Source: Kipferlia bialata (lineage: Eukaryota). Taken from it: a DNA stretch of 35,340 bases. The translations under genes were made by a program, and so were the position numbers. The stretch spans positions 1-35,340 of the forward strand of contig BDIP01000001.1 of assembly GCA_003568945.1 (NCBI GenBank). The letters are read 5' to 3'. Under the pieces are notes generated by a model that ran no database searches, was not told where the DNA came from, and saw only the letters and a program-made list of their open reading frames with translations. The number at the start of each line of letters is the position of its first letter. Within the stretch, counting starts at the first letter, position 1. Shown here piece after piece: positions 1 through 11,745 of this stretch.

Positions 1-49
1 TTCTTTTTTTTTCTGGATTTTTTTCCCCCCCCCCCCCCCCCTCACCCAG

Positions 50-771
50 TGCTGGATACCTTTGGAGGCAGGGTCCATGACGGAGTGTCCCTCAGCAACG
101 GAAGGGCAACCGCATGTGCAGAGGTGGGGAACTGTAGAGTATATATATATGTGACGTATGTTGTATGAGAAGACAGAGTAGTGTCTGTCCTCCTGTGCCT
201 TCTGACCCTAGGTGACTAACGACGGTGTCTTCAGAGCTGCCCTGGGTGCCAGGCGTATCTCTCTCTCTCCCTCCCTCCCTGGCACTGTCTCCTTCTCAGT
301 CCGTATCGATGCTTCAGGTACATTGACCCCTTTATATACCATACACACTAACCCTCCCTGACCCCCTAGGTGGTGTGGTGCGTGTGGGTGTGGCTAAGCC
401 CAATGTGGACCTGGAGGACGGGTGGAGGACAAAGCAGGTGAGACTTCGTGTGTATAGATATATAGACCCTAAGTCCTCACCCACCTGACCCTTAGGCCTG
501 GGGCTTCTTCGGGTTCAATGGCAAGATCTACTTTGCCGGCAAGAGACGTGACTATGGCCCCATGTACAAGGGGGGGGACGTCATCACAGTGACCCTCGAC
601 AGAGAGACACGCTCCATGCGCTACACCCTAAATGGCAAAGACCTGGGTGTGGCCTTCTCCAAGCTGCCCATGACTGTGGTGCCCTTCATCGAGTTTGGAA
701 ACAGGGCAGACACTGTCTCATTCATTGAGCAGGGCGAGGTGGAGGTGGCAGAGGAGGAGGACGAGGCATGA
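50..771 (+). CDS. SPRY/B30.2-domain protein, 3' part (4 exons visible, 5' end outside window)
   Basis: Spliced translation ...GVVRVGVAKPNVDLEDGWRTKQ|AWGFFGFNGKIYFAGKRRDYGPMYKGGDVITVTLDRETRSMRYTLNGKDLGVAF...PFIEF matches the SPRY pattern (GDvIgv.lD.....f..NG..lGvAF). GT-AG introns; TGA at 769-771. Confidence 0.85.
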
Positions 772-1117
772 GGGTCTAGTAGAGTGTATGAGGGTGTGGT
801 ATTGTAACTGTAGTCAAATAGAGACACATCTTGTAACGATCTATTGGAGCAACCGACCGCTTGAGGCTATGCCACATAGTGCCATACAAATGATGGGGTC
901 CATGTGAAGTTCTACTCTATCACGACCCAATTCGGCTGCGATTACATAAGAATAGTGCTGTCATCCAAGCAAGGCCCTCGCAATCTCAGGTCCAACGATT
1001 CCATGTGTATTGGAGACGACTATGTGGGGAATGTCACCACTCCCTATTCTCATGGGCCACATGCGTCATCGAGTTGTGATGCACTCAAGTCTGAGTGAGG
1101 TACGTATCGATACCCCT

Positions 1118-3008
1118 CTACCGCTGCATGGGCTTGGACACAACAGGGAGAGCACCGGGACGTGTGTCCTGAGGGTGGGAGAGGTGCCAGTATACATATA
1201 TATACATATACACAACTCACACATGTCTGTCCCCTCACCTTGGTGTTTACGATGTATCTCTCCCCGTGTCTCTGTCTGATGTGGGCAGGTAGGGCCAGAC
1301 CCCCGGAGGCAGGCATGAAGAGCTGGGTGACACCCTGCATACCAGAGGGAGAGAGAGAGGTGACCAGGTGGACATGGCCCAGGGGGGACACGCTCCACAC
1401 AAGGCCCACCCCCACAACACCAGCCTCACCCACCAACAGTACGGTCTTGCCTGGGGTGAGGGAGTGGGTATAGAGTGTATGAGCAGTGACACCCTCACGG
1501 TATGTACCCCACCTGCTATTGATGCCGCTGTGTCTGCCCCTGCCATGTCTCTGGATGATGACTGGGTCTGGCCTGCAAACACCACAGACACAGAGGAGAG
1601 AGGGCACCTGGGGGGTGGGGGTGGGGAGGGGGGGGGGTACCATATATTGGCCTATGAATAGATATAGTATCACTAACCTGTACGCCGGCAGTCTCCCGAG
1701 CCCTGCCCATGGGCCATTGGACATGGGGCAGAGGGAGGGGTCTAGCCGTCTCAGGAGAGAGATGTCACGGACGGCCCGGGCACGCTTGGAGCCCTAGGGG
1801 TTAGGTATATCCTTACACTCACACTAATGAGATGTAGACTCCGAACCTTAGCTGCCTCACAGTCCAGGAGAACGCACCCGGATGGCAGCATGAGGGGGCT
1901 CAGCCTGGGGTGGGGGGGGGGGGGCAAGTCAGAGGATAGAAGAGAGTAGGATAGTACCCACGCACCTCCTGCTGCCCTCCTGCTGGAATGCACTCATGGC
2001 GGATGGGTGCCTCATCTCCACAACGGCCTGGGGGGACACTGCTCGGATCAGGGTGTCCAGGGCCTCAGACCCAAACCCAGTGTTCCACCCGTGTGCGTTG
2101 ACTACTAACAGTGCAGAGGGTGGGACACGGGTCAGGCACTCCTCAACGATGCTGAGGGTCAGGGGGAGTACTGAGAGAGAGGGGGGAGGAAGAGACATAT
2201 ACGCTACAAGAAGGAGTACAGGGTCTGCTATATACCTAGCATGCACCATGGGCTCCTCCCTGGGCGTGAGGTGTCCAAAGGGCAGACACACCACTGGGGC
2301 AGTGGACATGGAGGGGGCAGAGGAGTAGGGGGAGGTGAAGGGGGGGAGGGCGAGGGTGGCCTTGAACACAGACACGCAACACTGCGGCCCCCACTCACTC
2401 TGGCCGGGGTCTGCGTCTAGGATGTACACGTCCTGTCCGTGTGTGCTCAGCATCACATTGACCAGGGTCCTGGGGTCAGAGACACGGCAGATGTGATACA
2501 CAGTATATACACATCTATTACACATATATCATCACGCACCTGACAAATGCACTCTTTCCGGTGGATGTTGACCCAGTCACCAGTACCCTCTTGGGCAAGG
2601 TGGAGGTGGGTGCAGAGGGAGTGGGCTCCGCTGCAGTATCAGTCGCCACTGGGGTGGTCATATCCACATCGCCTCCCACAGGTGTCACCTCAGCAGTCTC
2701 CTTCTCCCTCTCTGCCTCTCTCTCTGCCTCCTGTGTGCATAGTTTGTGGCACAGACCCAGCCAGGCACTGGGGTGAGGGGTCTGAATGATACGATATGTA
2801 TACATACATACAAGAGACTTGGGAGGTGTATATGTACGTACCCAGCTGGCACCGGTGCATCGTTAGATATGCCAAAGGCCGCAGTGTCCTTGGCTAGGGA
2901 GTACTGCTTCCTGATCTCCTCGGGGGGGTGAGACACCCTGGGAGTCAGATAGGAATACTGCTAGCAGAATACAGGATAGGGGGGGGGGGGGGGGGGGGGG
3001 AGGGAGGG

Positions 3009-3043
<35 letters not shown>

Positions 3044-3625
3044 GCGGGAGAACATATGCAATTCCAACATCCAATAGAAAACACAATGACACCTTGTGCA
3101 TTGGGCATGTGGGTATCTGTCTAGCTATATAGATGTGTATACATACCTGTGCATGGGGCATGTTGGTATGGCCGGGGCAGGGATAACAGGCTTGACATCC
3201 ACCCTCACCCTCTCTCTCAGTGGAGGGTATGCACCAGGCTCAGTCTTCACTCTCTCTCTCTCTCTCTCTCCCCTGTCTCCCTGGCTGTCTCTAGACGGTC
3301 TAGAGGGTCTAGAATGTCTAGAGGGGGTGGAGGGGGTGGAGGGTGTAGTATCTCTGACAGAGGGAGCCTTGGCAAGAAGTCTATCTCTCACCAGCACCCT
3401 CTCCCCCTCTCTCCCTTGGGTACTGCGACCAGTCTGTGGGCTACTCACCCTCTCCTGCTTCACAGCAACCTCCACATACCCACGCTTGAGGGAAGGCTCT
3501 CGGGGTTCTCTCTCTCTAGGGTATGGATCTCTTGATGATCGAGGGTCAGCAGGTCCCAATCCCCTATGTCTCTCTCTCAGGGGCGGCTGTCTCTGTCGCT
3601 CCCTGCCTCTCCCTCCCCTGTCCAT
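1118..3625 (-). CDS. NOL9: Polynucleotide 5'-hydroxyl kinase Nol9/Grc3 (Clp1-like P-loop family), about 10 exons
   Basis: Walker A RVLVTGSTSTGKSAFVR|TLVN, Walker B YILDADPGQSEWGP, LLVVNAHGWNTGFG, and C-terminal GVGLVWSVSP..HVHLVT. Exon phases join consistently. ATG 3625, TAG 1118-1120. Confidence 0.85.
2979..3043. repeat. Long poly-G tract within a Nol9 intron
   Basis: About 65 nt of G with sparse A. Confidence 0.85.
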
Positions 3626-3872
3626 ACGTCCCCAGATATCCACAATCAAGGGGTATGATTACAGTGCCAAAGAAGAGCGAAGATGGATCGGACAAGATCA
3701 ATCTGAATTGACACCGATCATCTTGGAAACAGCCCAACCTTGTTCACATTGATACCCTCTCCTCTACAGTAGACAGAGAGATATCGGGTCCTCCCAGAGC
3801 ACACCAGGAGGGGGTGGGAAGCCACAAACCCCGAGGCTCTCCCACCGACGGAAGAGCAGTGACAGGGTGTCC

Positions 3873-6800
3873 ATGGATACCAGAGGGAGTGGGGCCGGCC
3901 TAGACCCAGGCCTCGACTCTATCCTCCATCCACCGGCAGATCCGGCACCCAAGAGCGCCCCCAAGCCCCCTGGCGTGCCTTCTGAGCAGCGGGAGGGAGT
4001 TGTATCCTCCTGGAGCACTGGGAAGATACTCTCCCCCCCCACCCACGCCCCAGTAGCCGCTGGGCTTGGTGTTGTGCCCTTCTCACACTCTGGCAGACAC
4101 ATAGGCCACACACACCTGCCCGGCATGTCGCCATATGACACACCCACCTCTGTCACTGAGGCAGAGGGTACTAGTGTCCCCGCCAGTGAGGGTGCTAGTG
4201 TACCTGCTAGCGAGGGTGCCTCCAGTGTTGCCAGTCCCGTTGTGAGTGGGTGGTACAGTGAGACCAGCACTGAGGCAGTCACTGAGTGGAAGACGGAGGG
4301 GTCCAGTGGTGTGGTCACCCCCCTGTCTGTGGTGGATGTGCCATGGCAGATAGTGACGCCATACTACACTGCTACGGCATCCGGGACAGCAGAGGTACAG
4401 CATATATATGTATGGCCACTCTCTGTACATACCCACGCGCCGCGCCCTCCCCCCCCCCTACTATGTACATGATTGTGTTTCTTCGCAAGAGAGTGTGACC
4501 TGGGCAGCCCCCCCCCCCCACTCCACACACACACACTCTCTTACTTTCTCCTGTTTTCCTCACCCTCTAGGTCACCAACCTCCGTGTGCCCACCCCCACA
4601 CCAGAGGCACTAGCCAAGGTATGCATCCATGCCTCTGTTACTATCCATCACTTACACTCTCTATATACTATGTCTCTCTGCTTTTACCCAGGCCAGGGAG
4701 GGCTTTGCCTCAACATCCACAGGGGCACACCCTATTAGTGCTAGTGCCCCTGTCCCTGACACCACTGCCAAGGTATCAGTGATAATTATATATGAATAAT
4801 AATAAAATTATATGTATACCACCGTTAGTCCAGTCCAAATCTCCATCCCCCCTCGTCTTGTCTGACCCCCAGTCCTCCCCTCCCCCCTGGCTGTCCAAGG
4901 CCATGCAGGAGGACAGTCCTGTTCCTGATGGCAAGGTGTATATATATATATATATACATATATGTATATATACAGATAGATGTGTGTATTAGTCCAAGGC
5001 CATGCAGGAGGACAGCCCAGTGCCAGGGGGAAAGGTATATTTACTCAGACACTGTTATTCGCATTGCCTATGTATGGAACTACCCCCAGGTCACCCCTTC
5101 CCTGGAGACCTTCCTGACCTGTGACCCAGGGGAGGCAGCACAGGAGGCGGTGGAGCAGGGTATGCATTTGTATATATAATGTATATACATGATAGAGTAT
5201 ATATGTGTATACTTGCTGACCCAGGCCCTCTACCCAGTGACATCACCATGGTGTCTGCTGGCCATGACCTCAGCATAGTCTATGGGGCAGGGCAGGGGGA
5301 GGCAGAGAGAGAGGGGGACCACCCTAAGGTACACCCTCCCTGTAGTCATATACTGTCACTGACACTATCTCTTCATCTCTTTGTATACTCCAAAGGTACT
5401 CTGTTGTAGGGTGTTACACACAAACTATGCCTTACCTCCAGCCCACTGCCACCCCCCCTGGCAAGGAGCATGACTCAGAGGTGTGTATAGACTGTGTTTA
5501 TATAGTATATATGTGTGTATGATTGGTATTGTGACATATACAGCCTCCTACCCTTGGCAAGGAGCATGACTTAGAGGTACACATTGTGTGTTTGGTATAG
5601 AGTGCATTCATTCACGTCTATCCAGTGTGACTACAGTTTGAGGGTCTTACCCCCAGGTGAGTGACGCTGCAGCAGAGGCAGTTGCAGAGGCAGAGAGGGA
5701 GAGGGAGAGAGAGAGGGAGAAGACAAAGGCTCCTGCCGCACCCCTGACCCCCCCTGGTCTCTCTGTCTCCCCAACTTTTGAGACCAAGGGAGAGGCTGAG
5801 GGAGAGGGAGAGACTGTCCCCAAGACAGAGGATGTGGCAGAGAGAGTGGTACCTGTACCCAAGGCCAAGGGCAAGGCTAAGTCTAGGGCCAAGACCAAGC
5901 GCAGGGTGCTAGGGAAGGGCAAGAGACCCCCTGCCCCTGTCAGGGTGGAGGAATCACCACCTGCACCTCCTGCAAAGAGGTATGTGTACATATATACTAT
6001 ACAATATATAGTATATATAGTGTTATATACTCATATATATGTGTATGTCTTTGACAGTAGGACCAGGCCCATTAGAAGGGTTGTGCAGAAGATGCTGGAG
6101 AAGAGGGAGAGAGAGGCACAGGCCAAGAGGGAGAGAGAGAGAGAGACCCTGGAGAGAGAGATGTCCCAGGAGGCTGATGTGGATGACATTGTGCTAGAGG
6201 AGGAGGAGGAGGAGGAGGTCAAGGCCATTCCCATCCCAAGGTGGGTATTAATCGTGTAGCTTCATGAAATTATGCACTATACACAAGTACAGGACCAATG
6301 GCTCTATATGGATGTGTGTATACTTACATATCTATGTGTATATATACCCCTAACCCCAGGGCCAAGAGGCCCAAGAAGGAGAGGGGCAGGGCCAAGACTA
6401 AGAAGAGAAGCCCGGCAAAGAGACGCCCAGGTTTGTGTCCTATTACGGACTGTCTATATACCCCTCTGCCTTACATACTAATATCCAGGCATGCGTGGCC
6501 GTAGCTCTCTGGCCACCACCAGTGCCTCCCCCTACGTGTCTGCCCCTCCCTCCCCCTACGAGCCCTCTGACACTGAGACAGACTACATTGAGGTATCACA
6601 CGGACCCGCCAAGTGCGAGGCAGCACTGCTCAAGGTACATATTTACTCGGGTACTCATTATGTCAAAACTTTGGGGTTGACGTGACCAATCTGAATTAGT
6701 GGTCGTCTCTTTCTCTCTCTCTCTCTCTCTCATACCCTAGGAGTGGCCTGACCACTCTGAGTATGTGGTTGTCTCTTTCTCTTTCTCTCTCTCTCTCTCT

Positions 6801-6964
6801 TTCATACCCCAGGAGTGGCCTGACCACTCCGAGTATGTGGTAGTGTCCAGGGCAGACATGCCAAGGAGACTCCTCAAGAGATGTGCAGACCTGGCAGAGG
6901 AGCACACAGGTAGGGGACTCTCTCTCCCTCTCTCTCCCTCTCTCTCTCTAAATCCCTGCCAGTC

Positions 6965-6999
<35 letters not shown>

Positions 7000-8062
7000 C
7001 TCACTCCTAGGCCAGTGTGCCAGTGTGGATGACCTCCCCCCTACCAAGAGACTGTCCCATCATCAGAACATGTTCCTCTTCAGAGTGCAGGAGTCAGGTA
7101 CTATCTCTCTCTCTCTCTCTGTCTATATCCTCACCAACAAGTTTCCCCTCCAAATCCATGCACTCATCTCTCTCTCTCTCTCTCTATACTTAATGATATG
7201 TATTAGTGTATACTAACTGTAGGCCTCCCCCGCACTGACAGACACCCCTCCAAGGCCATGCACTCTGACCCAGCTGCATTCTGGGACAGGGTCAGGGGGT
7301 ACATTGCATTCAGGTACGATGTACCTGAATACACCTGGATATAGAGCCCTATGTAGTACCTAACACACCCCCTCACCCCCAGGTTCATTGATGAGTACGG
7401 CTTCACCAGGGCATACATCATCGAGTGCCATGTCAGGAATGAGTACAGGAGGTATGGATAGTGCAATACCCCATCTCTGTATATATATATAGTATGTATA
7501 CATACACTTGTATATTGTTACCAGCGCAGTGTCAGGAATGAGTACAGGAGGTATTCGAAGTATACATACTCTCTCTCTCTATCTGTATGTCTATTCATTC
7601 TCCATTCAGTCTTCTACTCTCACTTCAGACAGAGCCATGGCTCTAAGATGATGGATGCCATGGATATGATCTCTCTCTCTCTCTCTCTCTCTCCATACAT
7701 ATACCCATATGCAACACCTGATATGCAGGCAGAGCCATGGCTCCAAGATGATGGATGCCATGGAGTTCTCTTTTCTCTCTCTCTCTGCATTCTATCAGTG
7801 TATATATATTCACACTCTGATATGTAGGCAGAGCCACGGGTCCAAGATGATGGATGCCATGGAGGTGATAGTCAGGGACCTCGGTATGGACCAGGTGGGT
7901 AATCAGGTCTCTCTCTCTCTCTCTCTCTCGCTGTCTCTCTCTTGCTGTCTCTCTTCCCCTGCCTAACCCAGGTTGCCCTCACTGTACACAACGACAACAA
8001 GGCAGGAGTGCACTTCTACAACAGGTACTAGGGAATAGCGTATTTGTATGTTTTATGTACTG

Positions 8063-8104
<42 letters not shown>

Positions 8105-8203
8105 ACTGATGTCAGGCTAGGCTTTGTGCCTGCCTTTGAGAACCCAGACGATGACCCCACCTGCACATACACCATCATGAGCAAGGATGTGCCAGTGGAG
8201 TAG
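3873..8203 (+). CDS. Multi-exon protein with long low-complexity N-terminus and C-terminal GNAT acetyltransferase domain (Naa40/NatD-like)
   Basis: Spliced C-terminus RVRGYIAFR|FIDEYGFTRAYIIECHVRNEYRR|QSHGSKMMDAMEVIVRDLGMDQ|VALTVHNDNKAGVHFYN|RLGF resembles Naa40 (F..FRFD.E...lYcYEiql....RrkGlGk.LM...VmLTVf..N..A..Fy). Upstream exons are phase-compatible. TAG 8201-8203; start codon less certain. Confidence 0.75.
4164..4235 (+). repeat. Coding tandem repeat, 3 x 24 bp (EGTSVPAS/EGASVPAS/EGASSVAS)
   Basis: Directly visible in the sequence and in the translation of exon 1. Confidence 0.8.
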
Positions 8204-8961
8204 GCTTAGGGACTTTGTTAAAGGGAGTGAGTGCACTGTGTGGTAGAGTCAAGGCTGTGCATTGGACATGCTCCAGAGGGTGATACACCATCATGAGCTA
8301 GGATGTGCCGGTGGAGTAGACTAGGGGATATACAAGTGGAGGAAGGTGGGGTGTACCTCTATTGTAAGTGGGGAGACATCCCTAATGACTAGTCTAATAG
8401 ACACTGAGGCAGCAGAATCAGTGACAATGAGTGGAACCGTCTATTCATTTACCTCCTTTCACTATAGACATGTGCAGGTCCATCAATATATCATATAGCC
8501 TGTCACGGCAGAAGACTGGAACAGCTTGTCATATCTCTACACAGATGCTACATGGACGCAAGTACATAATGAGGACAGACGTCCAAGGACACGCCCCCGG
8601 CCCTACTCAGTATCACACCACTGCAGCTGATGACTAGCGTCACAGCAGCATCGTGCAGGTACAACCGGTCACAGGCAAATAGGGGAGACTCTCGAGGTAT
8701 CAGATCACTGGTGGAGGTCACAGGGGACATGGGTATGTATCCTCCTACTAGGACGTATCCTGAAGGGGTCTCGAAGAGAGACTCGGTCTCGTCAGGGGTC
8801 CAAGACACACAAATGGCATCTACTCAAGGCCTCACTCTCTGACAATGAGGGTCCCGCAATGGCAGCGTCTACTCGTAGTGCCGCCCTAATGTCTGAGACA
8901 AGAGCAGAGCACATCTCAATGTGGAACAGTCCACAGTGATGAAAGCACTCTCTGTCTCTGC

Positions 8962-10103
8962 CTACTCGAGTGCCGCCCTGATGTCTGATGAGGACAGCTT
9001 GCCCCCTCCCTCTGCTCCCACCACAGGGATGGACACGACGGTGCAGGGGGGGAGAGAGAGGGAGAGGCGGGCGGCATCGACCATCGACACACAGCCCTGG
9101 GGGTGAGGGGGTTAGAGGCACTGGAGAGAGAGATGGGGTTGAGACTGAACCCTACACTGTATGCACCACTTTCCCTACCTTTGTCTCCTCTGACACTACT
9201 AGGTACCGTATCTGTGCGTCTGTGCCGACTGGGCCAAGGGCAGAGTGCAGGGGGAAGGGCACACACGACACGGGGGAGGAGGCATCATCCAGACAGGCCA
9301 TGTATGCAGAGACAGACTGGGCCCTGACAGCCCATGGCTCGAGGTGGTGGGAGTGGGACTGGGGTCAGTGATCCATATATATTGTATACCAACATGACAA
9401 TACACATATATACACTATCCATATATAATATGTGGTGGGAGTGGGAGTGGGACTGGGGGTGAGTGATCCATAAATATAGTACGCCAATATAACAATACAC
9501 ATATATACACTATCCATATACATTATGTGGTGGGAGTGGGAGTGGGACTGGGGGTCAGTGGAGAATTAGTGTGCTATATATATTTTGATTGGATATCCAT
9601 TGTATCTATATACGATATAGGTGGTGGGAGAGAGGACTGCGAGTCAGGAGCAGTGATCCATATACGACTCTCTGACAACCTATATGTATAGATTCAATAT
9701 ATGATGGTGGCGGGACTGGGGGTATCAGTGAGAGAGTGGTACCGGTGTCCAAGAGATGTGACTGTGATGGATACCTTGTTGCCGGTGAGAGCAGACTCGG
9801 ACACCCCCACAGACACCGATGCCTTGCACCCCCTATCCAGCAGACACCGTGCCAGGGCATGGGCTGCAGAGAGGAGGCGTCTATGGCCATCATGGAGATG
9901 GTCAAAGGTGCCCCCGACTGCAACAACAACAGGCAGGGGGGAGGGGGTATCCAGAGTCACCCCACATGCAGCAAATGATGATGCAATGTCATCTGGAGGT
10001 TAGAGTGGTAGGCGTATCGCAGATACATACTCTCTCAACAATACCGGTACCGATACCGAATAGTATCAAAATCATACTAGGTACCATTATGAGGGCCAAC
10101 CAT
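8962..10103 (-). CDS. Phosphopantetheine adenylyltransferase (eukaryotic CoaD/Cab4-type, HxGH nucleotidyltransferase), 4 exons
   Basis: MVGPHN|DDIA...VAVGGTFDHLHDGHRRLL...VGVSESALTGNK|SHSHHLEPWAVR...GPVGTDAQIRYLVVSEETK|GC...GKLSSSDIRAALE*. All hallmark PPAT motifs are present (GGTFDxLHxGH, LVVSEET, KLSSS). Confidence 0.92.
9343..9730 (-). repeat. Five degenerate ~90-bp tandem units spanning the PPAT intron-2 acceptor and exon start
   Basis: GGTGGGAGTGGGACTGGGGGT[C/G]AGTG-like core at about 9343, 9440, 9535, 9620 and 9705. Neighbouring intronic sequence (caatacacatatatacactatccatata) is also repeated. Confidence 0.85.
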
Positions 10104-10256
10104 GTAGATAGCGCAAAAACTAACCTGTGGAGAAAACGTTATCCCGTGACGGGGCCTGGAGATCAACAAGCATCACTGAAGGAGAGAGTGAACCTCAGAG
10201 TCTGACTCTCGAAATCGCAAAAGGGTTTGGGTTGAAGTTTTTGTTTGGCCAGCCAA

Positions 10257-11280
10257 ATGCTTGAGCCGGGCAAGTACTCACTTCTGACTTGCCGCATTCC
10301 AGCTCAACTCGAATGTGAACGAAGCTCTTTCCTTTTGTTAGAGATGATCACAGTGCCAGCCAGCTTCAGCACAGTGTTTGTACACCTCCTAGGCCAGGAC
10401 ACAAGTGCTCCCCAGGGTCCTGTGTCTGTTCCACCAGAGTTTAGCAACTTGGAGAGTCTTGCTGCCGTGTCATGCCTTTTATCTCGTTGTGTTCCTGCTG
10501 CAGCGCTCACCCCGTCGACTATCACTGCTGGCTTGATGGTCTACCTTACACAGAGTGCCCACAGGTACGTTATAGTGTATATGTGAGTGAGTGAGTGACA
10601 TGTATAGTATGCCGCATTTTGTAGTTAACGAGTCCTCTTACCCTAGTCTTTCCATGGGGGACGTCATCAAGAACCTGCTACCCGTGCCGTACAGGGCCTG
10701 CTACCCCAACGAGCTCTCCTACCGCCATGCCTTCAACGCCTGGATCACCCAGGTGTACCGCCCCCACCGTGCCTTGATGGACGCCATCCAGGAGCGGGTC
10801 TTCAACCTCGATGTCTCCGAGGCCGAGATCGAGGCCGAGGGCAACAGGCTCAAGGCTGCCGGCATCGGTCTGGACTGGAAGACCCCCCGCCCCACCCCAT
10901 CTCCCTCTGCCCCTGCCCCTGCCGTCTCCGTGGTCCGGACCCCAAGGAGGTCATCAACCCCGAGGAGGTCGAGGCCGGCCCCCATCGAGACCTCCTGCGC
11001 CGCCGAGGTCGACTCCCCCGCCACCCCCCAGACCGTGACCAGGGGCCGCCACGCCCTGCCCGTGACGCCCTCTGCCCGCTCTACCCGTGTCTCAGGCCGC
11101 TCCCCCATGGGCCGGTTCCTCTCTCGCACCACCTCTGTCTTCGGGGGTGTGACCTCCCGGGTGGTGTCTGCCCTGTCCCCCAGGTCCAAGGGTGCTAGCA
11201 GGCACAGGGCCATGGACCTGTCAGGGGGTGCAGTGACACCCACAAGGAGGCCAAGGGCAAGGGGCCTCAAGGTGATGTAG
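10257..11280 (+). CDS. Hypothetical protein, 2 exons (intron 10565-10646), C-terminal S/T-P-x-R-rich disordered tail
   Basis: ATG 10257, a GTACGT...CCCTAG intron joining two ORFs in frame, strong C/G3 codon bias in exon 2, TAG 11278-11280. Confidence 0.7.
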
Positions 11281-11745
11281 GCCGTGGGCAGTGTTTGTGT
11301 GTAATAGATTATCAGTATTATGAGTTAACGTCACTGAGGAGAGACAGAGTGGGCATAACGAGTCTATTACTGTTCAGCTTCCGATATGATTCATACATCA
11401 CAACGACCAATATCGGATAAGAATAGGAGGTGATGAAGGCGGTAGTACATCCCTGGACGTCCCAGAGGTACCTCAACACGTATCTACATAGATACACGGA
11501 GGAGACTCAGGACCAACCCATCTGAACATCGGGAGGGTGCTTGTCCTATTCACCCCTAGGGTATCCCAGGGACTAGCCAATACACTGCCCACTGTCTCTG
11601 GGTCCTGTCCGCGACGTGTCCATGACAGGACGGGAATGGAATATTGAATACACTCTGGGTGCTAGTGTTCCAGGGAGGGAAGCAAGTAAGAGATATCCCC
11701 CCCCCTCTCTCTCTCTCTCCCAGCCCATCGGTCTGTCCCTCACCC

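Noticed and set aside
8548..8808. Small ORFs between the GNAT and PPAT stop codons
   Set aside because: Non-ATG starts and no motif; likely 3' UTR or intergenic.
9343..9730. Repeat-spacer appearance suggestive of CRISPR
   Set aside because: Repeats are degenerate splice-acceptor and exon copies, the 'spacers' resemble each other, there are no cas genes, and the context is eukaryotic.
10270..10302. Possible 33-nt GC-AG intron (GCAAGT...CTGAC...CCAG)
   Set aside because: In frame without a stop so not required, much shorter than other introns here, and the branch point is not adjacent to the AG as in the local consensus.
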